Shown here one piece after another: positions 19,340-28,299 of a DNA stretch of 64,000 bases. Position numbers and translations under genes: made by a program. The DNA lies in NCBI GenBank assembly GCA_028718865.1, contig JAQUKX010000001.1:67-64066 (forward strand), given 5' to 3'. The stretch is from Patescibacteria group bacterium. Lineage in GTDB: Bacteria; Patescibacteriota; Patescibacteriia; UBA1558; GWA2-36-10. Each line of letters begins with the position of its first letter. Position 1 is the stretch's first letter. The notes under the pieces were generated by a model that worked only from the letters and a program-made list of their open reading frames with translations, was not told where the DNA came from and ran no database searches.

Positions 19340-20494
19340 CTATTTTCTTTCTCCCAATAAATCATCCAGAGATTTGACCACTTCTGTCAAAGCAAAAGAA
19401 GAGCGATTGAGTGCCCTAGTTACCACTAACTGGCGATGGACTATGGTAGTAACATCATCGGTTTTTTGCACCATAGCCTTGGCTTCTTTGCTGATGTTTT
19501 TGATCATTGCTGAGATATTTTCCGCTCCGGCCTTACTCTGGCTGCTTTCTTTGTCTATTGTCTTGATGTCTTTGGACAGAACAGAAATATCGCCAAGAAT
19601 ATTATTCAAAAACACCAGAGTTTCTCCCAGCACGCGGATGCTTTTTTCCGTTTCCTTCCACTCATAGACTGACGACTGCCGCGCCTGCTTTATCTGCCTT
19701 TGCATATCCGAAGCCAGAAGATCTACGCCGGCGGCGGCCTGCTTGCTGCTAGCATTGAGCTCGCGGATTTGCGCCACCAAAGAAGAAAATTCCTCACTGA
19801 AGTCTGTTTTATTGGCTTCTATAGAGACATTGAGGCTCAAAAAGCGAGCCAAATCCGCCAAAGCTGACATTTTTTCCGCCAATTCCCTGGTTTTGACTGT
19901 ATAGTTATCAAGAGCTTGGTTTAATTTTTGGTTTTCCGTTGCCAGATTTTTTATCAGCACCAGGCCATCTAGCGCTGCCTGGGAACGCTTGGCTCCTTCA
20001 CTGGCCGACTGATCAATATTACTGCTATAGGCAGCCGAGCTCTGAGTTTTTTTGCTGATTTTTTTCAAAGAAGAAGCCAGAGATACCACGGCGCTATTTC
20101 CTTCTTTTATCCCCCTTTCCTGCTCTTGGCTGCTTAGAAGTAAAAATCCTGACAATTGGCTGCTGCTTTGGCTGATGTCAGACAGGCTTTGGATTGATTT
20201 GAAAAGCTCATCAGTCACTTTGAGAAGTTCAGCAGCTGATTTTTGAATAGGCTTGACAATCACCCGCGCCAGGCGCCGAGCTGCAATCAAGGAAAACATA
20301 AAAACCAGAGCTAGAGAAATCAAAACTCCGAAAATTATCGCCTGCCGCAAGCCAACATCAACGATCAGCGAAGAATCTTTTTCAAAAAAATAAACGGCAA
20401 CAAATAGGCCGCAAAGAGGCAACAAAGAAACCAGAATAAACCAGGAAATAAATTTGAAATAAATTTTGGTTTCAAATAGTTTCACAAAAATCAA
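19340..20494 (-). CDS. Divergent methyl-accepting chemotaxis protein (MCP)-like receptor
   Basis: Two N-terminal TMs, long heptad coiled coil, hairpin tip LARFLSLNVSIEANK..FSSLVAQIREL (cf. TNLLALNAAIEAAR..FAVVADEVRKL); start is TTG/GTG and uncertain. Confidence 0.75.
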   Translation of the reverse strand: MIFVKLFETKIYFKFISWFILVSLLPLCGLFVAVYFFEKDSSLIVDVGLRQAIIFGVLISLALVFMFSLIAARRLARVIVKPIQKSAAELLKVTDELFKSIQSLSDISQSSSQLSGFLLLSSQEQERGIKEGNSAVVSLASSLKKISKKTQSSAAYSSNIDQSASEGAKRSQAALDGLVLIKNLATENQKLNQALDNYTVKTRELAEKMSALADLARFLSLNVSIEANKTDFSEEFSSLVAQIRELNASSKQAAAGVDLLASDMQRQIKQARQSSVYEWKETEKSIRVLGETLVFLNNILGDISVLSKDIKTIDKESSQSKAGAENISAMIKNISKEAKAMVQKTDDVTTIVHRQLVVTRALNRSSFALTEVVKSLDDLLGERK

Positions 20495-20528
20495 ATTTTA
20501 TTTTTATTTTAGAATTTATCTATTGTAA

Positions 20529-20557
20529 ATTATAACATATTTCACCTCTAGAAACAA
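20529..20557 (-). promoter_or_regulatory. Putative promoter of the Che-T4P operon
   Basis: Minus strand TTGTTT-N17-TATAAT with extended -10 TG. Confidence 0.55.
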
Positions 20558-20579
20558 ACCCGACGGGTTGATTTTCGGT

Positions 20580-20609
20580 TTGACAAAAACTAATATTTCT
20601 TATTATAAT
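20580..20609 (+). promoter_or_regulatory. Consensus sigma70 promoter of the sugar transferase
   Basis: TTGACA-N18-TATAAT, 25 bp before the ATG at 20635. Confidence 0.75.
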
Positions 20610-20634
20610 ATACAATATTATTAATTAAGCATCG

Positions 20635-21999
20635 ATGAAAAAATTTATTCTGCTTCTGGGCGATATTGTTATACTATACTTGAGCTTGGCTCTTACTCTC
20701 TTGGTTCGCTTCAGACGTTTAGATCAAGAGCTATGGTCCAGTCATCTGGGACCTTTTTCAGTTATATTTGCTCTCTGGATCATGGTTTTTTTCATCAATG
20801 GCTTGTACGAAATAAACAAGCTGGCGCGCGGCTTTAGATTTTTCGGACAACTGCTGCAAAATCTAGCCATCAACGCTCTGCTTTCCTTTTCTTTCTTTTA
20901 TTTTATTTTGGACAAATTCACCAACCTCAAGCCCCAGACTGTTCTTTTGCTCCTACTGCTGATATTTGCCTTGCTCTTTTTGGCTTGGCGGCGGCTGTTC
21001 TTCCAGCTTATCTCCAGTGACAAGCTTGGTAGCAATTTGGCCATTATTGGTATCAATGCCGAATCCCTGGCCTTGGCTCAAGAAATCATCACCAAGCCCC
21101 AGCTGGGCTACAAGCTCAAACTGCTGGTCAATCCCGACAATACTCCTATACCGGAAAAATTCCAAATCGCGGAAATCAGCAAAGATCTAGCTGGCCTAAA
21201 AAATCAACTGATAAAATACAAAATAAATGCTGTGGTAGCGCTCAATAACCCTCTCTACGGCGCCGAAGTAGCCCGCTATCTTTTTGAAAGCATAGACCTC
21301 AAAATCAGCTACTACAATCTGACTGACTTCTATGAAAAAGTCAGTGGCAAAATTCCTCTGGCAGCTTTGGAAAGAAATTGGTTTTTGGAAAACGCCACTC
21401 AGAAAAACAAACGCCTCTTGGCTCTAGCCAAAAGACTGATTGATCTTTTCTTTGCTTTATTTTTTGGCTTCTTGTCTTTAGTGCTTTTGCCTTTTTTGGC
21501 TCTGGCTATCAAGCTGGAATCAAAAGGCCCCTTGATTTATAAGCAAAAAAGAGTGGGGTTGGCTGGTAAGATATTTACTGTTTACAAATTCCGCTCCATG
21601 ACTCAAGACGCCGAAAAACACGGCGCTCAGTGGGCTCAAGAAGGCGACCAGCGCATTACCCGCGTCGGACGCTTTATCCGCAAAACCAGAATTGATGAAA
21701 TCCCTCAATTTGTAAACATCATCAAGGGTAATATGAGCTTTGTTGGTCCTCGTCCAGAAAGACCGGAATTTGTGGAAGAATTAAAAAAAGAAATCCCTTT
21801 TTATAACGAAAGACATTTGATCAAGCCAGGCCTCAGTGGCTGGGCGCAGATCAATTACCCTTATGGCGCCAGCATAAGCGATGCCAAAGAAAAATTGCAG
21901 TACGATTTATTTTATATCAAAAACCAATCCATTGCTCTGGACATTTCCATTATCCTCAAAACCATCAATACTGTTTTCAATAAAAGTTTGGGAAGGTAA
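20635..21999 (+). CDS. Polyprenyl-phosphate glycosylphosphotransferase (priming sugar transferase, WcaJ/WbaP family)
   Basis: N-terminal TMs; KFRSM, DQRITRVGRFIRKTRIDEIPQ, MSFVGPRPE, KPGLSGWAQ, YDLFYI. Confidence 0.93.
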   Translation: MKKFILLLGDIVILYLSLALTLLVRFRRLDQELWSSHLGPFSVIFALWIMVFFINGLYEINKLARGFRFFGQLLQNLAINALLSFSFFYFILDKFTNLKPQTVLLLLLLIFALLFLAWRRLFFQLISSDKLGSNLAIIGINAESLALAQEIITKPQLGYKLKLLVNPDNTPIPEKFQIAEISKDLAGLKNQLIKYKINAVVALNNPLYGAEVARYLFESIDLKISYYNLTDFYEKVSGKIPLAALERNWFLENATQKNKRLLALAKRLIDLFFALFFGFLSLVLLPFLALAIKLESKGPLIYKQKRVGLAGKIFTVYKFRSMTQDAEKHGAQWAQEGDQRITRVGRFIRKTRIDEIPQFVNIIKGNMSFVGPRPERPEFVEELKKEIPFYNERHLIKPGLSGWAQINYPYGASISDAKEKLQYDLFYIKNQSIALDISIILKTINTVFNKSLGR

Positions 22000-22005
22000 T
22001 TTAAC

Positions 22006-22207
22006 TGTCATTACGAGGAATCCTGAGTCTGCCATTCTGGAGCGAGCGTAGCGAGCGATAGAATCCACTTGTCATTCTGGAGCGAGCGTAGCGAGCGATA
22101 GAATCTACCATTATTCCTTCCTCAGAGCATCGAGCGATAGAATCTACCATTGCAACCGCCTTCTTAGATTCTATCAGTCGTCGCTAGCTCCTCCTTCCAC
22201 AATGACA
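22006..22207 (+). repeat. REP-like repeat cluster 1 (TGTCATT-tagged hairpins, with one inverted copy)
   Basis: Copies at 22030 and 22070, a degenerate unit, and an inverted variant at 22166-22207. Confidence 0.9.
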
Positions 22208-22248
22208 AAACAAAAAAACCTTACAACCATAATACTAATCACCAACTA

Positions 22249-23226
22249 ATGCCCCAAAGCCAAAACAACAAAACCATCCTAGTCACCGGCAGTGCCGGCT
22301 TTATTGGTTTCCACACCACTCTAGCTCTTCTAAAGCAAGGCCACACTGTCATTGGTCTGGACAACCTCAACCCCTACTACGACCCCAGTCTCAAAAAAGC
22401 CCGCAACAAAATCCTCAAGAAATACCCTAATTACCACTTTTATCAAGGCGACCTGATTGATTTGCCTTTTATCAAAAAAGTCCTAGTCAAACACAAAATA
22501 GACCAAATCTGCCATCTAGCCGCCCAAGCTGGCGTACGCTACAGCCTGACTCATCCTCACAGCTACATCCAAAGCAACCTAGTCGGCTTTACCCATCTGT
22601 TAGATGAAACCAAAAACCACAAGATCAAGGATTTTATTTATGCCTCCTCCAGCTCAGTTTACGGCCAAAATGAAAAACTGCCTTTTGCTGTCAATGATCC
22701 AGTAGATAGACCTGCTTCTCTTTATGCTGCTAGCAAAAAAGCCAATGAGCTCATTGCTTACACCTATCATCACTTGTACGGCCTCAATTGTACTGGTCTG
22801 CGTTTTTTTACAGTTTATGGTCCTTATGGACGACCGGACATGGCTTTATTTTTGTTTACTCAGGCTATTTTGGCTGATCAAACAATCAAAGTATTTAATC
22901 ACGGCAAAATGCAGAGAGATTTTACCTACATAGATGACATAGTAGCCGGCATCCTAGCCAGCCTTGACCGAGCCTATCCTTACGAAATATTCAATCTAGG
23001 CAATCATCAGCCAGTGGAGCTGGAATATTTCATAGAGCTGATAGAAAAAAATCTAGGCAAAAAAGCCAAAAAGGAATTTCTGCCTTTACAAGCTGGTGAT
23101 GTGAGAGCCACTTATGCTGATATAACCAGTAGCCAACAAAAACTCAATTGGCAACCAACTACTGCTATTGAAACCGGTGTTGCCAAGTTTATCAAATGGT
23201 ATAAGGAGTATTATAAAATAAAATGA
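22249..23226 (+). CDS. NAD-dependent epimerase (UDP-glucuronate 4-epimerase/CapI-like)
   Basis: GSAGFIG, HLAAQAGVRYS, ASSSSVYG, YAASKKANE, RFFTVYGPYGRPDMA. Confidence 0.93.
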   Translation: MPQSQNNKTILVTGSAGFIGFHTTLALLKQGHTVIGLDNLNPYYDPSLKKARNKILKKYPNYHFYQGDLIDLPFIKKVLVKHKIDQICHLAAQAGVRYSLTHPHSYIQSNLVGFTHLLDETKNHKIKDFIYASSSSVYGQNEKLPFAVNDPVDRPASLYAASKKANELIAYTYHHLYGLNCTGLRFFTVYGPYGRPDMALFLFTQAILADQTIKVFNHGKMQRDFTYIDDIVAGILASLDRAYPYEIFNLGNHQPVELEYFIELIEKNLGKKAKKEFLPLQAGDVRATYADITSSQQKLNWQPTTAIETGVAKFIKWYKEYYKIK

Positions 23227-24500
23227 TAAGCAAAATAAAAAATAAAATTTATTCACTTTTACGCCGTAGTGAAAAATATACCAAGACTGATATGGTTTAT
23301 TTGGCTAGCGGTGGATTTTGGTTGACTTCCGGACAGATCGTATCTAGCGCCGCTGCTTTTCTCTTGGCTATTGCTTTTGCCAATCTTTTACCCAAAGAAA
23401 CTTATGGTGTTTACAAATATGTTTTATCTATAGCCGGCATGCTGGCTATTCCCACTTTGTGGGGCATGGGGACAGCCATTTCCCAAGCAGCCGCCCGAGG
23501 ATATGATAATGTTCTTGCTCCGGCAGTAAAAACCCAGATAAAATGGGGGCTATGGGGCGGACTATTAGGAATAGGCACAGGATTTTATTATTATCTAAAT
23601 AATAATCCTTTACTATCATTGAGCTTCTTCGCTATCTCCATCTTTATTCCTTTTATGGATCCGCTCAACTCTTATACTTCTTTGCTCTTAGGTAAAAAAC
23701 TCTTTAAAAAAGCCAATAAATATGAAATCATTGCTCGGATAAGCGCTACCATTTTAATTATCGCCGCACTTTTACTTACTAAAAATATTATTTTGTTATT
23801 GTTAGTTTATTTCGGCTCTCACACTCTATTGAGATTGATATTTTTTTATCTGACTCTTAAACAAGAATCAGGCAAACAGAAAGAAGATAAAGAAGTTATA
23901 AAATATGGCAAACACCTAAGTCTAGTAAAAGGCATCAATCTAGCAGCTGGTAATATTAGCAATATTTTTCTTTTTCATTTTATCGGCAGCGCCAGTCTGG
24001 CTATTTATTCTTTTGCTATTGCCCCGATGGAACAATTGCGGACTCTGATAAAAATCGCTGATCAGATAATTTTCCCCAAAATCGCCAAAGACAACTGGTC
24101 AATTTACTCTTTCAATTTTTTTATAAAAAAAATCAGCCCATTTATAATTATCTTATCACTAATCTCTTTAACTTATATTTTTATTGCCCCTTTATTTTTT
24201 AAATTATTTTTCCCCCAATATATTGAATCCGTTTTTTATTCTCAGTTATACGCTCTGACTATACCACTTACCGGAATCAATTCTATCCAAGATACAATTC
24301 TCAAAGCAAAAAGAGAAACCAAAAAAATATATTTGGTCAATATAATCAACTCAATCAGCGTATTTATTATCTATTTACCAATGATTTATCTGTGGGGAAT
24401 TTTAGGATTAGTCTGGGCAGTGATTATTGGTAAAATTATTGAATTCATAACTTACTCAGTACTTGTTTTTAGAATAAGCTCTGCTGAAAAAACGGAATAA
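23223..24500 (+). CDS. Oligosaccharide flippase (Wzx/MOP family)
   Basis: About 12 hydrophobic segments; ANLLPKETYGVY; position in a glycan locus. Confidence 0.8.
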   Translation: MISKIKNKIYSLLRRSEKYTKTDMVYLASGGFWLTSGQIVSSAAAFLLAIAFANLLPKETYGVYKYVLSIAGMLAIPTLWGMGTAISQAAARGYDNVLAPAVKTQIKWGLWGGLLGIGTGFYYYLNNNPLLSLSFFAISIFIPFMDPLNSYTSLLLGKKLFKKANKYEIIARISATILIIAALLLTKNIILLLLVYFGSHTLLRLIFFYLTLKQESGKQKEDKEVIKYGKHLSLVKGINLAAGNISNIFLFHFIGSASLAIYSFAIAPMEQLRTLIKIADQIIFPKIAKDNWSIYSFNFFIKKISPFIIILSLISLTYIFIAPLFFKLFFPQYIESVFYSQLYALTIPLTGINSIQDTILKAKRETKKIYLVNIINSISVFIIYLPMIYLWGILGLVWAVIIGKIIEFITYSVLVFRISSAEKTE

Positions 24501-25379
24501 ATAATGGGAAAATGGTAAAAAAGTAAAGACCCAAAAAAGAAAAAATTTTTTTCTGCCCACACTAGCAAACTTCCAAGACTCCTGAGCATAGTAAATTGCT
24601 CGTTTTTTTTCGCCCAACAAAAGTAAGCCTACAGCCGCGCCATAAGCTGTACCTGCATACCTATTGGGTGAATTTTTTATAAAAAAATCTCTGGTGTTTT
24701 CAAGTAAATACTCCAAACCCTTTGCTCTTTTTATTGATAGATCGGGATGAAAAGATTTTCTTTTTTTTGTTTCTGAAAGATGATCTGAATGCAAATAAAC
24801 CTTTCCCAAAGATTCGTTAAGGTGGTATATTTTTTTATTTTCAGAAAACAAAAAATAAAAAGAAAAATCAATATTGGGACCCAAAAAATCTAAGCCGCTC
24901 CTAACGCTTGATCTTAAAAAAATTACCGCATCATTTTTGGGGATTTTGCCGGAAAAAAGATCGGCTCTATCGGCAAAACCGCTGTCTCTATGCTGAAAAT
25001 CTAATATCTTCTGCCCATCAAAAAAATCCGTAGGAGCATAAAGCATGTCTATCTCCGGATATTTTTTTAAAATATCACTTGCCTTTTCAAGGGCATGATT
25101 GTATAACTCATCGTCACTATCCCAAATAATAAAATAATCACCCCTCATCACTTCCATACCTTTGTTTCGGGCAACAAAAGCGCCGGAATTTTTTTCTAAT
25201 TGAAAATATTGAATTCTTTGATCTTTTACCCCCAACACCATCTGAGTAGTTCCATCACTAGAACCATCATCTACTATTATCAATTCGAAATTAGTAAAAG
25301 ACTGCCTTAAAATACTATTTATAGTCCTTCTCAACAAATCTTTTCTATTGTAAGTTGCAATAATAATACTAAAAAACAT
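24456..25379 (-). CDS. Glycosyltransferase family 2
   Basis: FSIIIATYNR, IIVDDGSSDGT, ARNKG, WDSDD. Confidence 0.92.
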   Translation of the reverse strand: MFFSIIIATYNRKDLLRRTINSILRQSFTNFELIIVDDGSSDGTTQMVLGVKDQRIQYFQLEKNSGAFVARNKGMEVMRGDYFIIWDSDDELYNHALEKASDILKKYPEIDMLYAPTDFFDGQKILDFQHRDSGFADRADLFSGKIPKNDAVIFLRSSVRSGLDFLGPNIDFSFYFLFSENKKIYHLNESLGKVYLHSDHLSETKKRKSFHPDLSIKRAKGLEYLLENTRDFFIKNSPNRYAGTAYGAAVGLLLLGEKKRAIYYAQESWKFASVGRKKFFLFWVFTFLPFSHYLFRFFSRAYSKNKY

Positions 25380-25387
25380 AAATCAAT

Positions 25388-26152
25388 TTATTTTATTCTC
25401 ATTATTTTCGCTTTCAAAAACAAAAATATTTTCCAGATTTTCTCCAAAAAAATTACTTTCTTATTTTTATAAACATAAGTATAATCATCGGTGATTCTTC
25501 CGCCAAATCCCAACTTGAATCTATCAATACCTGCTTTAGCCGGATCTTGCAAATTGACATAAGCCAAATCCACTCCTCCAAAGCCATGCTCCGAGGCAAA
25601 AAGACATATTTCCCAAATAATGCGGCGGGAAGCGGCGCTGATTATTTTTATTATTTCTTTATCTGATTTATTTTTGCGCAAAGAGCTGAAATTCTTAATA
25701 CGCAGAACACTTTTAGCCTTGTAAACCGCCGAGCAAGCCAACACTTCGCCTTTAAAAGAGGCTCCAAAAAAAATAAACTCTTTGAAATTCCCTATCCTGT
25801 CTGGCAAACGGCCTTGAGATATTTCATGTTTTTTATAGACAATATAGCAATCCTTAAAAAAATTTTCACCAAACTTAGTTTGAAAAAAAGACAAGTCTTT
25901 ATTTTTATAAGTCCTGTTTACTTCATTTCTGGTCGTATCATTAAAATTTTTAAAAATCCTATCTTTATCTGGAAAAATATCAATTATACTTGTTTTCTTT
26001 TTTCTCAACTCAAAATCTTTTTTATCGCTTATTTCCCTGTCTGTAATAATAGCAATATAATCATACTTGTTTTTTAGCTCCTGCAAATCACCAAAAGGCT
26101 CTAAGATAAAAAAAACTTTTTTGATAAAAAAATTATTTTTTTCCACTATCAT
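25388..26152 (-). CDS. FemABX-like (GNAT-fold) aminoacyl/acyl transferase
   Basis: IFKNFNDTTRNEVNRT and GIDRFKLGFGG resemble FemAB-family motifs; ATG at 26152 preferred over 26287. Confidence 0.6.
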   Translation of the reverse strand: MIVEKNNFFIKKVFFILEPFGDLQELKNKYDYIAIITDREISDKKDFELRKKKTSIIDIFPDKDRIFKNFNDTTRNEVNRTYKNKDLSFFQTKFGENFFKDCYIVYKKHEISQGRLPDRIGNFKEFIFFGASFKGEVLACSAVYKAKSVLRIKNFSSLRKNKSDKEIIKIISAASRRIIWEICLFASEHGFGGVDLAYVNLQDPAKAGIDRFKLGFGGRITDDYTYVYKNKKVIFLEKIWKIFLFLKAKIMRIK

Positions 26153-26831
26153 AATTTTTTCTTGGCTGAGTACAGATAAAATAAATTGATTTACTAAAAA
26201 ATGGTAAAATTTTATATACCATATCTTTCCAATTTGATCCTCGCCATGGCTGTAAAGATATTCTATAAATAATTTTGACTTTTTCAAAATATTTTTTCAG
26301 ACCCAACAAACTATCAAACCAGGCCATCCTATAAAGTTTTATCCCCTGATAATCTGCATATCTTCCAGAAAATAGAAAATTAATCCTTTTTATAAAAAAA
26401 ATATTATGGCTATTAAAAATAAATGCCCCGCCTGGTTTTAATACTCTTCTTGCTTCAGAAACGCACTGATATATATCAGGATAAATACAATCTATGCCAT
26501 GAAAAGGAAAAAAAACATAATCAAAAGAATTATCTTCAAATTTTAAATCAGTGGCGTCCATCTCCAGAATTTTGATATTCATTCCTTTGATCTTGGCCGC
26601 TGATTTTTCCACCATTTCAGGCACTATGTCTATAGCCGTAATATCAAATCCTTTTTTATAAAGAGGTAAAAGCGTACGACCAGCGCCGCAGCCCAAAACT
26701 AAAAGTTTTGCTTTTTTATCTTTAAAATACTTCTCTATTAAAAACTCCTCATCGAATCGCCAATAATCCTGTTTATCATAATCAGCGGCCTGCTGGGCAA
26801 AAATTTTTCTATTCTGCTCAATCATCATCAA
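26133..26831 (-). CDS. Class I SAM-dependent methyltransferase
   Basis: LLVLGCGAGR, IDIVPEMVE, FEDNSFDYV, RVLKPGG. Confidence 0.9.
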   Translation of the reverse strand: MMMIEQNRKIFAQQAADYDKQDYWRFDEEFLIEKYFKDKKAKLLVLGCGAGRTLLPLYKKGFDITAIDIVPEMVEKSAAKIKGMNIKILEMDATDLKFEDNSFDYVFFPFHGIDCIYPDIYQCVSEARRVLKPGGAFIFNSHNIFFIKRINFLFSGRYADYQGIKLYRMAWFDSLLGLKKYFEKVKIIYRISLQPWRGSNWKDMVYKILPFFSKSIYFICTQPRKNYDSGKK

Positions 26832-26848
26832 AAAAATTAATTATAAAA

Positions 26849-27550
26849 TTATTTTAAATACCCTTTTATTTTCCAAGGAATCTTTTTCAACATCAACCTA
26901 AACTTAAAATTACTGATATTTTTATTTATAATAATCCGCGGCAAATTATATTTATCAATATTTTTATTATCCAATATTACTCCATTACCACCAAAAGCAA
27001 ACTGATAATAACGAGCTGTCATTTTCCTGACTTCTTCATTACTATCTGCTTTGGGATACGCAAAAAAATCTCCTTTTTCTCCAAAAATACCTTGGATTAA
27101 TTCTTTCGACAGTTTAAGATTCTTTTCCAAATCAACTTCGCCCAAAGAGGTCATTTTTTTATGATCCAAGCCATGACTGGCAAAATTTACCAAACCACTG
27201 GCCTGCATTTCTTTTATTTTTTCCAAATCCATTATTTCTAGCTCCCTATCTGGAATGAATATTTTTTTACCTATTAAATTTGGCGGTATAAAAACAGTTA
27301 TTGGCACTTTCAATTCTTTTATAACCGGCAAAACATTAAAATAATTATCTGCCAACCCATCATCGAAAGTAACTATTGCTATTTTATTTTTATTAAAATC
27401 TGGATGACTAAGATAATCTTTTAATTGCTCTAGCCTAATTATTTTAAAACTAGATTTAATCCAAGATAGCTGTTTATAAAAAACGCTTTTACTTACAGAG
27501 TAAAAATAATCCGAATCATCTACTGAATGATAATTAAAAATGGCAATCAT
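26849..27550 (-). CDS. Polysaccharide deacetylase (CE4/NodB)
   Basis: YHSV, VTFDDG, FASHGLDH, FAYP, LPRI. Confidence 0.9.
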   Translation of the reverse strand: MIAIFNYHSVDDSDYFYSVSKSVFYKQLSWIKSSFKIIRLEQLKDYLSHPDFNKNKIAIVTFDDGLADNYFNVLPVIKELKVPITVFIPPNLIGKKIFIPDRELEIMDLEKIKEMQASGLVNFASHGLDHKKMTSLGEVDLEKNLKLSKELIQGIFGEKGDFFAYPKADSNEEVRKMTARYYQFAFGGNGVILDNKNIDKYNLPRIIINKNISNFKFRLMLKKIPWKIKGYLK

Positions 27551-28296
27551 CTTTTTTTACAAACAGCAATTAAGCGTCGGCTTTTATCAGTTGAGCATTG
27601 GTTGAAAAATCGTGGCCAAATTTTATTATTATAATATTTTCTCAAAATTTTCAAATCCCAATATCTATTATCCAAAAATTTATAAAAAACCTTAAATATA
27701 TGAAATCCTGTCTTGTCCTGTCCAAGCATTTTTTCTACTACAAAAAAATTATCAACCGTGGATTTGAGTGATTCAGCCGAAAAATGTTGATAATGCTTGC
27801 TCTCTGGCGTTGGCTCACCATTAAATAAAGACGGAACAGTAATGATCAATTGGCCATCTTTTTTCAAAACCCGATTCAACTCCCCTAAAACATTATCAAT
27901 GTTATCAGGAATGATATGCTCTAGAGTCTCTATCAAATACACAAAATCATAAGTTTCACTTTCAAAGGGTAATTTTACTAAATCGGCTACGACAAAATTT
28001 ACTTCCGGTAAAAGCAACTTGGCAAAAGACACTGCCTTTTGAGAATAATCAACGCCTGTTACTTTACACTTTTTTGTAGCAACAAGCTCTTTGCAAAATC
28101 TTCCATCACCACAACCAGCGTCCATTACATTAAGATCGCTTCTGGAATCGGCATCTAAAAATGATTGGCAAATTGATAAATATCCGAAATATAGACGCCC
28201 ATCATCCGTATCCTTTTCTTTAAACCAATGATAAGGACCTATGTTGTAATCATTTTCTTGCTCCCATTGTTTATCTGTGAGATTCAACATATACAA
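27547..28296 (-). CDS. Class I SAM-dependent methyltransferase
   Basis: VMDAGCGDGR, GVDYS, ETLEHI, RVLKKDGQLIITVP. Confidence 0.9.
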   Translation of the reverse strand: MYMLNLTDKQWEQENDYNIGPYHWFKEKDTDDGRLYFGYLSICQSFLDADSRSDLNVMDAGCGDGRFCKELVATKKCKVTGVDYSQKAVSFAKLLLPEVNFVVADLVKLPFESETYDFVYLIETLEHIIPDNIDNVLGELNRVLKKDGQLIITVPSLFNGEPTPESKHYQHFSAESLKSTVDNFFVVEKMLGQDKTGFHIFKVFYKFLDNRYWDLKILRKYYNNKIWPRFFNQCSTDKSRRLIAVCKKR

Positions 28297-28299
28297 AAA

